The notes under the pieces: model-generated | What the model saw: only the letters and a program-made list of their open reading frames with translations | Told to the model about the DNA's origin: nothing | The model's database searches: none | IMG/VR virus record: IMGVR_UViG_3300045988_060429 | Reading direction: 5' to 3' (one strand) | DNA length: 24,279 bases | Origin: a virus | Taxonomy: Duplodnaviria; Heunggongvirae; Uroviricota; Caudoviricetes | Part shown: positions 16,561 to 23,387 of the stretch, piece by piece | Layout: the number at the start of each line of letters is the position of its first letter | Position numbering within the stretch: the first letter of the stretch is position 1 | Made by a program: the position numbers and the translations under genes

Positions 16561-19500
16561 TGCCGATATATGAACAGGATCCTAAAGAGTTGCTTGGCGA
16601 GGATATTCAGCAAATAGCAGCACCTGATGACAGTAATTTCTATATGGAAACACCTTCTTTGCTTTCTGCTGTGAACCCATTTACCAGTGATCAACGCGTT
16701 CAAAGGTCTAGACAAGCAGCATTTCGTATAGATAACACGCTGGGTAGCTTTATTGCCAGTGCTCCTTTCAGTCAGTTTGACAGGGTTGAAGGATATAACC
16801 CATTTGATAACGATGCAGCAGATATTAAAGGCTATGAAGATTTTGCAGATTCGTTTATCAACTCCGGTTCGCATGAAGAAACAATGGCAATTAAACATCG
16901 AATCGATAAGCAAAGAACAGATAGAGAATATCTATCTGAAATGGGTGGTGCTGGTACTATTTCAAGCTTAGCAATGGGAATGATAGACCCGGTTAATGTG
17001 GCTGCAATGTTCATCCCTGTAGGGGCGGTAGCGCGTGGAGGAAGTATTGCTGAGACGGCAGGGCGTTTTGCCCTGGCGAATGCTGCTGGTGGGGGAGTAT
17101 CAGAAGCCGCATTACAGGCCACTCAGGAAGCTCGCTCACCGATGGAGAGCGTATCGAACGTTGTTGTTGATGCTCTCGTTGGTGGGATCCTTGGTGCTGG
17201 TGCACAGCTACTTTCTGGACCTAGCGCACGCGAGGCAGTGGTTAACTCAGTAGGTAATCATTTGCGAGGTATGGATTCTCCTCAAAGCATTGGTGCAGCT
17301 CAGGTTTTCAATACCACACTCGATCAGGAACAGCTCGCTGGACTTGGACTTGTTAACAAAACGTTGAGTGTCACTCCTGCTGGCCGCTTGGCGCAATCAC
17401 CATCTCTTGTCTCCCGTCAGATTAACCAGCAGCTTGCCGAAAATAACTATTTCTTCGCCAAAAATGATGAGGGGTTGGCTACGTTTACGGCAGTCGAGAC
17501 TAAGATTAAGCAATACGACGCCATGCTTTATAAGCAGATGGAAGCCACTCGTGATGCTTACCAGCAGTACAGCAAATCTGTTAGCGCCCGCGGCGTGAAG
17601 AGGATGAACTTTATTGATTTCAATGAAGCTGTTGGCATGGCTATGCGCCGTGGTGATCAGAGTGATATTCCTGAGGTTTCACAAGCAGCCGCCAGAATCC
17701 GCCCCATTTTCGAGACCACAAAAGCCCGTATGCAGGAACTGGGGATCCTTCCTGAGGATATCGATGTCGTGACGGCGAAAAGTTATCTTCCCCGCATTTA
17801 TAAGTTCGATAAGATACTTTCCGACCGCACTGAATTCAGAGGGCGAATTGCCAACTGGATACAAGGGATTAGTGCCAAAAGTGCTGACAAAGCAGGTCAG
17901 CGAATTGAAAGGATAAATTCATTGCTAAAAACTGCAGAGGAATCGGCACCGCGCGCTGATGCTCTCGCTAGTGAAATCGCTGAAGCGGAGAAATGGTCTG
18001 GTAAAAAAATTCTACTCATGGAAGAACTGGATAAACGAAATAAGCTTATATCTCAGGAGACTGACACACAGGCGCGTCTTACAAGAATAGAAAAAGAGTT
18101 GGCCGAGACTTCATCAGAAAAACTTCAGGCAAGAATGATGAAAGAAAGCTCTGACCTTAAAACACGCCTTGATGATATAGCGCAGGCAAAGAGTGAGCTT
18201 CCTGTCTATCAGCGCCATATGGAGTTGCTGGATAATCCACGGAAATATCGTTCTGAGCTTCGCCGACTGCAAAAACGGGCAAATTCAACCACAAGGCTGA
18301 ATGCAAGCCGCGAACGAGCACTGAAGCAGATGGAGCCTCTATCCCGAGAGGAAGCAGAGGACGCTGCTGACGAGATCGTGAATAAAATAATAGGCGCACC
18401 TTCCGGGCTTGTACCAGCCGATATTATCCCAGAGAGACTCGTTGGTCGGGCTGGTTTCACTAAAAGCAGAACGCTGCTTATTCCTGATGAGCGTATAGAA
18501 GATTTTCTTGAATCAGATGTTAACTACATCATGGAAAGTTATCTCCGGCAGGTGGCACCAGAAATTGAGCTGACTGCGCAGTTTGGCCGTAAAGATATGG
18601 GGGAGCAAATCCGTCAGGTTAGTGAGGAATATACCCGGCTAATAAAAGAGGCTAAAACACCTAAACGACGTGCAGTTCTTGAGAAGCAACGGGAGGCTGA
18701 TATTAGGGATATTACGGCTATGCGTGATCGACTGCTTGGTACTTACGGCGCACCTCAAGATCCACGCGGTTTCTTTGTTCGTGCCGGGCGAGTTGCTAGG
18801 AATATTAACTTCCTCCGTTTGCTTGGTGGAATGACTGTCTCCGCTGCAACTGATCTGATGCGACCGATGATGCAGCATGGCCTGAGAAAATCTCTCGGAC
18901 CAATGGTAAGCATGCTTAAAAATATGGACTCAGTGAAAATTGCAACCAGGGATTTGCGAGAAATGGCTGTTGGGCTTGATTATGTCCTGTCTACGCGTAC
19001 AAAGGCTATAGCGGATCTTACTGACCCCTATAGCCGGAGAAGCGCCGCTGAGCGAGGTCTGAACTGGATGACGCAGAAATTCGGTAACTGGACGCTGATG
19101 AATCAGTGGAACAGCGCACTTAAATCATGGTCCGGGATGATAGTGCAGTCGAGGATACTTGACGCGGCTCGCCAAGTTTCTGCTGGTGGCACGCTCTCCA
19201 AAAGTGAAATGCGGAAGATGGCACAGGTCGGCATCAATGAAGATGTTCTGCGCCGAATCGGGGAGCAATTCGGGAAGCACGGAGAGGATATGGACGGGCT
19301 GTTAACCGGGCATAGTCATCTGTGGGATGACCGTTTCGCTAGAGAGATTTTCCAGTCTGCAGTGCTGAAAGATGTAGACTCAGTGATTGTAACGCCTGGC
19401 GTAGGTGATACACCGCTGTTTTTTAGTAAAGAAGGCTGGAAGATGATCACGCAGTTCAAAACGTTTATCTTCGCACAGCATAACAGGGTGCTGGTATCTG

Positions 19501-19949
19501 GTATCCAGCAGGGCGATGCTGCATTCTATCTTGGTGCGCTTGGCACGATTGCGCTTGGCTCAATGGTCTATATGATGAAACAGAAGTTAAGCGGTCGCGA
19601 TATCGACTACAGCTGGAATAACCTTGTGAAAGAGGGGATCGACCGGGGCGGAATGCTTGGCTGGCTCTCTGAGCCGCTGAATACCGTTGAGAACATAAGC
19701 GGCGGTAGGTTTGGTCTTGGCGCGATGTTTGGTGCGCCTCCGGTATCAAGGTTTCAGAGTCGTAATGCTATTGGTGCTTTACTTGGTCCTACCTTTGATC
19801 TTGGCGGTGATGCCGCGACGGTTGCGAATGGTGTGCTTAACGGAGAATTTGACAGCCAGCAAACCCACGCGGTCCGTAAAATGCTACCTTTTCAGAACCT
19901 GTGGGCGATATCACCGTTACTAAATAAAGTTGAAGAGCAGATGAAATAG
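16560..19949 (+). CDS. internal virion/DNA-ejection protein (gp16-like), 1129 aa
   Basis: Gly/Ala-rich hydrophobic segment (GGAGTISSLAMGMIDPVNVAAMFIPVGAVARGG...), long helical charged regions, and last position in the core-protein block. Confidence 0.6.
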   Translation: MPIYEQDPKELLGEDIQQIAAPDDSNFYMETPSLLSAVNPFTSDQRVQRSRQAAFRIDNTLGSFIASAPFSQFDRVEGYNPFDNDAADIKGYEDFADSFINSGSHEETMAIKHRIDKQRTDREYLSEMGGAGTISSLAMGMIDPVNVAAMFIPVGAVARGGSIAETAGRFALANAAGGGVSEAALQATQEARSPMESVSNVVVDALVGGILGAGAQLLSGPSAREAVVNSVGNHLRGMDSPQSIGAAQVFNTTLDQEQLAGLGLVNKTLSVTPAGRLAQSPSLVSRQINQQLAENNYFFAKNDEGLATFTAVETKIKQYDAMLYKQMEATRDAYQQYSKSVSARGVKRMNFIDFNEAVGMAMRRGDQSDIPEVSQAAARIRPIFETTKARMQELGILPEDIDVVTAKSYLPRIYKFDKILSDRTEFRGRIANWIQGISAKSADKAGQRIERINSLLKTAEESAPRADALASEIAEAEKWSGKKILLMEELDKRNKLISQETDTQARLTRIEKELAETSSEKLQARMMKESSDLKTRLDDIAQAKSELPVYQRHMELLDNPRKYRSELRRLQKRANSTTRLNASRERALKQMEPLSREEAEDAADEIVNKIIGAPSGLVPADIIPERLVGRAGFTKSRTLLIPDERIEDFLESDVNYIMESYLRQVAPEIELTAQFGRKDMGEQIRQVSEEYTRLIKEAKTPKRRAVLEKQREADIRDITAMRDRLLGTYGAPQDPRGFFVRAGRVARNINFLRLLGGMTVSAATDLMRPMMQHGLRKSLGPMVSMLKNMDSVKIATRDLREMAVGLDYVLSTRTKAIADLTDPYSRRSAAERGLNWMTQKFGNWTLMNQWNSALKSWSGMIVQSRILDAARQVSAGGTLSKSEMRKMAQVGINEDVLRRIGEQFGKHGEDMDGLLTGHSHLWDDRFAREIFQSAVLKDVDSVIVTPGVGDTPLFFSKEGWKMITQFKTFIFAQHNRVLVSGIQQGDAAFYLGALGTIALGSMVYMMKQKLSGRDIDYSWNNLVKEGIDRGGMLGWLSEPLNTVENISGGRFGLGAMFGAPPVSRFQSRNAIGALLGPTFDLGGDAATVANGVLNGEFDSQQTHAVRKMLPFQNLWAISPLLNKVEEQMK

Positions 19950-20390
19950 CTATTCACAATTAGTGATGGCGTATGTATCAAATATATTGCCATCACTAAA
20001 TACATACCTATACTCAATCTCTCCGCCAAGGTGAATAAATGCTTTCATTTGCCTGTTGGAGCAAATGCTCGATTTTGAATAATTTCGCATTACACTCTTT
20101 AATTTATTTTCTAAGGTTACATCACCATTATAAACTTTTGATAAATAGCTGTTGTTGTAATTAAGATGCGCTACAACTAAAAGTTTGTTTAGTATTGCAT
20201 TTATTGAAACAATAGACATATTATCATTCAATTTTATGGGAAGTGACTTTCCTGCTTCTGATGCGATTTTGTTTGCATGTGCACACATATCCTCATTTAT
20301 TAAATTCTTAAAACATATGTCGTTTGCAAACGAAAAAATTGGTAGGATAAACAAAACGGTAGCTGTAATAGCGTGCATCGGCTTAATCAT
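19950..20390 (-). CDS. secreted/periplasmic protein of unknown function, AT-rich (146 aa)
   Basis: N-terminal signal-peptide-like sequence MIKPMHAITATVLFILPIFSFA with a probable cleavage after SFA. The gene is visibly lower in GC than its neighbours. Confidence 0.5.
   Translation of the reverse strand: MIKPMHAITATVLFILPIFSFANDICFKNLINEDMCAHANKIASEAGKSLPIKLNDNMSIVSINAILNKLLVVAHLNYNNSYLSKVYNGDVTLENKLKSVMRNYSKSSICSNRQMKAFIHLGGEIEYRYVFSDGNIFDTYAITNCE
19961..20007. repeat. interleaved inverted repeats at the end of the late operon
   Basis: TAGTGATGGC (19961-19970) pairs with GCCATCACTA (19989-19998). GTATGTAT (19971-19978) pairs with ATACATAC (20000-20007). Confidence 0.6.
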
Positions 20391-20402
20391 TAGGTGACCT
20401 TT

Positions 20403-20852
20403 ATGTTCAAGAAGATGATCAACAGATTAATCGGTGGTAAGGAGGTTAGCAATAAAATTCAACCTCTTATCTTTAAGGATAACTTTTCAGCTTTTGAGTA
20501 TGCGTGTAAGTATCTTGACACAAGCCTTTCAGCCAATAAACCAATGCCAGCCATCATCATACCTGGTCCCAGTGGGGAACAGCCAGTTTTGCTAGATTCT
20601 GGAAGACAAAGGGCAATGCTGAAGGTGTGCTCAGCTGATGGTGGATTTTTTGTTATTGCCGATTCATCTTACAGCAAAGGACCAAAGCTGAGGATTGGTG
20701 ATCTTGTTGCTTGGTTGCCTGTGAGTTATGCCGAAGAATTAACGGATAAAATAGAAGATCCTCGCTCCGCTATGGTTGGCTTTATATTGGGAACCATTCA
20801 TCCTGAACTAACATCTACTGGCTGGAAGGGTAAAGAAAGATTTCGCAAGTAG
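20403..20852 (+). CDS. hypothetical protein (about 149 aa)
   Basis: ATG at 20403, 6 nt after AGGTG (the track's 20394 start is GTG). Divergent from the secreted-protein gene, with start codons 12 bp apart. Ends 1 bp before palindrome copy 3. Confidence 0.5.
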   Translation: MFKKMINRLIGGKEVSNKIQPLIFKDNFSAFEYACKYLDTSLSANKPMPAIIIPGPSGEQPVLLDSGRQRAMLKVCSADGGFFVIADSSYSKGPKLRIGDLVAWLPVSYAEELTDKIEDPRSAMVGFILGTIHPELTSTGWKGKERFRK

Positions 20853-20853
20853 C

Positions 20854-20865
20854 GTGACATGTCAC
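20854..20865. repeat. perfect 12-bp palindrome GTGACATGTCAC, copy 3
   Basis: Exact string at 20854-20865, abutting the terminator stem at 20867. Confidence 0.9.
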
Positions 20866-20866
20866 A

Positions 20867-20890
20867 GGCCGCTTTCGCGGCCTTGTTTTT
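20867..20890 (+). terminator. rho-independent terminator at a convergent junction
   Basis: Stem GGCCGC / GCGGCC with loop TTTC, followed by TTGTTTTT. The stop of the minus-strand peptide gene overlaps the T-tract. Confidence 0.6.
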
Positions 20891-21050
20891 AACGAATGCC
20901 ACCGCCACCCGGGCGGGAATCCGCAGAACGCCCACCGCAGCGGGAGCCGTCAGCAGCAGTGTCGCTGTCGTGCTGACAACGACCGGCAAAGGCCTGAGTT
21001 GAAGCTACCAGAGACAACAAAACGAACAGTGCAGCAAATGCTTTTTTCAT
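20889..21050 (-). CDS. small secreted peptide (53-aa precursor)
   Basis: MKKAFAALFVLLSLVASTQAFA is a classic signal peptide with an AFA-G cleavage site. The predicted mature part is a 31-aa Gly/Arg-rich peptide with two Cys. There is no lipobox. Confidence 0.45.
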   Translation of the reverse strand: MKKAFAALFVLLSLVASTQAFAGRCQHDSDTAADGSRCGGRSADSRPGGGGIR

Positions 21051-21120
21051 TGTGAAATTTCCATCTATAAGCCACCTCAATGTGGCGTCAATGAGTGTAG
21101 CACTGACTTTTGTTTCGTCC

Positions 21121-21145
21121 ACAAAAAAGCCCGCGCTGCGGGCTT
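21121..21145 (-). terminator. rho-independent terminator after the 210-aa gene
   Basis: On the minus strand: stem AAGCCCGC / GCGGGCTT with loop AGC, followed by TTTTTTGT. Confidence 0.6.
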
Positions 21146-21148
21146 CTA

Positions 21149-21781
21149 TTAATGCAGTTTATCTTTGCTTATAACCAGTAGTCTGTGGGTATGCACATCT
21201 TTATCACTGCCCCAACAGAAATCAGCCCACTGGCTATAGAAATCATCCCATGATGTCATGAAGCTAAGAGGTCTATCTTCTTCAGAGCCATCTGAAACGT
21301 ATACATTATATCCTGGGGTGTTTATAGCCCAAGAAATCATTCTTTCCCAGAATCTTCTCCCATCGATTGTTTGTTGCTCATCAGATACAACGATCGCATA
21401 TTGCTCTAGGAAGAACTGAAAAAAAATCTGAGGCAAACCATGAACAGCACGGTCATGAATAACATTAGGCGTACGCCATACCATGATCTGCGTACATGTT
21501 CTTTTGGCTTCGACGATATCTTCCCGAAAGATTAACTTAACCGCATACACCGTTTCTGGAGTATCGCTGGTAGTAATCATTCTGTAATGATCGCCATTAC
21601 AAGATTTTACAAGGCGATAACCATAAGGTGTTGTGAATCCCGGAAGAACGAAATCAACCACACCTTTCGCTAAGTAGCTTTCGGTGTGACTAGTGTTCTT
21701 CTCAGACATGTTCAGTTTTCTATCGAAATCTGCTTCTGGGATAATGTATGGCATCGCTTTTCTTGTTGTATTTGTTCTCAT
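21149..21781 (-). CDS. hypothetical protein (210 aa)
   Basis: Strong SD (GGGAGGA) 5 nt before the ATG. Own candidate promoter upstream and terminator downstream. No family recognised. Confidence 0.6.
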   Translation of the reverse strand: MRTNTTRKAMPYIIPEADFDRKLNMSEKNTSHTESYLAKGVVDFVLPGFTTPYGYRLVKSCNGDHYRMITTSDTPETVYAVKLIFREDIVEAKRTCTQIMVWRTPNVIHDRAVHGLPQIFFQFFLEQYAIVVSDEQQTIDGRRFWERMISWAINTPGYNVYVSDGSEEDRPLSFMTSWDDFYSQWADFCWGSDKDVHTHRLLVISKDKLH

Positions 21782-21840
21782 TTCGTCCTCCCATGTTTGG
21801 CTACAGGACGCGTTTTGAAGGGAAGATTAAAAATGCTTTC

Positions 21841-21855
21841 TTACCCTTGAGGTAA
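21841..21855. promoter_or_regulatory. dyad TTACC-CTTGA-GGTAA in the leader of the 210-aa gene
   Basis: Exact half-sites. It lies immediately downstream of the candidate -10 element of that gene. Confidence 0.45.
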
Positions 21856-21883
21856 TAGTACGCTATTCACCCCCAGTCTGCAA
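21855..21883 (-). promoter_or_regulatory. candidate sigma70 promoter for the 210-aa gene
   Basis: On the minus strand: TTGCAG, 17-bp spacer, TACTAT, about 75 bp before the ATG. Hexamers are only moderate matches. Confidence 0.3.
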
Positions 21884-21927
21884 TCTGTACAGAATTATTT
21901 AAAGGCACATCCCTGTGCCGCCGCCCG

Positions 21928-22620
21928 TCAGAAGAACCCTGCCTTGTCGTTGATGTATTCCGCGTGGGTCTGGATATCACGCAGGCATTTACTCACACCG
22001 ACGATGTAGCAGAACATGGTGGTCACCTCCGCCGCCGCGCCCGATACGTCGTGCCCGTCTTCCTGTAACTGGTTCAGCAGATTCATCAGCAGTGAGTTCT
22101 CCGTCAGGCCGAGAACACCAGACGGCGAATGAATCAGGCTGCGGTAGCCGGGCTTCAGTGGGGCGCTGTAGGTTTTGTTCTCTATCTTCATCGCCTGCAT
22201 TACTGCTGACGCCGTGGCGTTGGCTACCTGGTCGGCAACCATCTTTATGCGTTCTTCCTGCGGGAGCGAGTTTTTAATGTAACTTCCGGTGCGGCGGATC
22301 TGAGGAAGAACCTCACCTGTAACCCATTCAAGAAATCTGAATGCTCTCGTTCCCTCAGTCATTGCCTCTTTGCAACGCAGAATAAGGATGTAGAGACCTG
22401 ATTCTGAAACGATGGATAGTTCTTGTATTCCACCAGGGGTCTGTATTGAATACAGCCCCTTTTTGTTCCAGCCTTTTTTATCAAGTTTTCTCGCTTGTGT
22501 AACATCAATATTCAAAGCATTGCACACATCTTTGGTGACAAACCAAGGTTCTCCGTCAATCATGAACATACGGATCTGGCAGGATGACTCAAAGGAAAAG
22601 ATGGAAGGTTTGGTATTCAT
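21928..22620 (-). CDS. Bro-N domain protein (antirepressor-like), about 230 aa
   Basis: FSFESSCQIRMFMIDGEPWFVTKDVCNALNI...SESGLYILILRCKEAMTEGTRAFRFLEWVTGEVLPQIRRTGSY is a clear Bro-N signature. Start moved to the ATG at 22620 (AAGGTG upstream); the track's 22665 start has no SD. Confidence 0.75.
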   Translation of the reverse strand: MNTKPSIFSFESSCQIRMFMIDGEPWFVTKDVCNALNIDVTQARKLDKKGWNKKGLYSIQTPGGIQELSIVSESGLYILILRCKEAMTEGTRAFRFLEWVTGEVLPQIRRTGSYIKNSLPQEERIKMVADQVANATASAVMQAMKIENKTYSAPLKPGYRSLIHSPSGVLGLTENSLLMNLLNQLQEDGHDVSGAAAEVTTMFCYIVGVSKCLRDIQTHAEYINDKAGFF

Positions 22621-22887
22621 GGCGATCACCTTTGTAGTTAGGTTAATCACCACCGCTGAGACCAATCAGATGGTGGTGAACTGTGCAGAGTTGGTCTTAC
22701 CGGCTACAAAGGAACCCGGCGCACCTTTCGGTGCCCCCACACAGCCCACCATAGAATAGGTGCGCTTTACACATAAAAAAACCGCTTATGCGGCATATGT
22801 GCCTCTGTAGTAATCCGGGAGACCAATCCCGGCACTGGATTTTGCCAGTGCCCGATTACTATGGCACAAGAGGAGTGCGATGTAAAT

Positions 22888-22902
22888 TTACCGCAAAGGT
22901 AA
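22888..22902. promoter_or_regulatory. dyad TTACC-GCAAA-GGTAA in the intergenic region between the small paralog gene and the Bro-N gene
   Basis: Exact half-sites, inside a stem-loop-rich non-coding stretch. Confidence 0.45.
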
Positions 22903-22933
22903 ATATAAGCACTCCATTTGGTAATTTCAAACC

Positions 22934-23191
22934 TTATCTGGTTTGTTTTCGTAATTGTTCGGCACAATAGTCGAGATGTGTTTGCAGATCCTGCATAGAC
23001 ATCTGTGAGCTGGTGACGTAGTTAATCAGTGCAGTCAGTTCGGCAAGTGGGCCATCGACATTAAATCCATCCTTATCGAGATCCCGGAGTAATTTCATCA
23101 AGTGCGATCCCTCCACCAGTGACCTGACGCCTCCCGGCGTGTGAATCCTTTCGGTAAATCCCTCTTCCAGTGGATAGTGATACTGCTGCAT
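22934..23191 (-). CDS. small protein paralogous to the C-terminal domain of the Bro-N protein; candidate SOS-controlled antirepressor
   Basis: By-eye alignment with the Bro-N C-terminus gives roughly 35-40% identity (shared P-GV, L-E-S-LM-LL, DG--V-G, QTH--Y). Start ATG at 23191 sits 9 nt after GGAG. A LexA box lies 22-37 nt upstream. Confidence 0.6.
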   Translation of the reverse strand: MQQYHYPLEEGFTERIHTPGGVRSLVEGSHLMKLLRDLDKDGFNVDGPLAELTALINYVTSSQMSMQDLQTHLDYCAEQLRKQTR

Positions 23192-23211
23192 CTTAATCTT
23201 CTCCATGCAAT

Positions 23212-23231
23212 AACTGTATATTTATACAGTA
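23212..23231. promoter_or_regulatory. LexA (SOS) box AACTGTATATTTATACAGTA
   Basis: Core CTGT-ATATTTAT-ACAG at 23214-23229 fits the E. coli consensus CTGT-N8-ACAG with an AT-rich centre. Confidence 0.65.
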
Positions 23232-23268
23232 GCAAATAATTTGTTTGCTATCCAGCACGTTTTGCAAA

Positions 23269-23283
23269 TTACCTGAAAGGTAA
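23269..23283. promoter_or_regulatory. dyad TTACC-TGAAA-GGTAA in the divergent region between the small paralog gene and the tailspike
   Basis: Identical 17-mer to the copy at 4501-4517, followed by CATATGTGGTT at 23313-23323 (compare 4557-4567). Confidence 0.5.
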
Positions 23284-23387
23284 TATCTATTCGTATTCAC
23301 AGTCTTTTTATCCATATGTGGTTTTTCAGGTAATAGAATAACCAGATATGCGGCGCAACGGGTGCTGCGACTATCTGGAGATTTAAC

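Noticed and set aside
20185-20397. 70-aa plus-strand ORF inside the AT-rich secreted-protein gene
   Set aside because: Antisense to an ORF with a clear signal peptide; no SD. Likely an AT-rich open-frame artefact.
20889-21122. 77-aa version of the secreted peptide gene starting at 21122
   Set aside because: GTG start with no SD, and it would run through the upstream terminator region. The internal ATG at 21050 begins exactly at the signal peptide.
21885-21892. CTGTACAG as a possible second LexA site
   Set aside because: It lacks the CTGT-N8-ACAG spacing of a LexA box; it is just an 8-bp palindrome.
22620-22665. 15-codon N-terminal extension of the Bro-N gene
   Set aside because: No SD before ATG 22665; ATG 22620 has AAGGTG at correct spacing.
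22767-22970. Two overlapping ORFs (66 aa minus, 60 aa plus) in the paralog-to-Bro-N intergenic region
   Set aside because: No SDs, Cys/His/Arg-rich implausible products, and they overlap a terminator and stem-loops.
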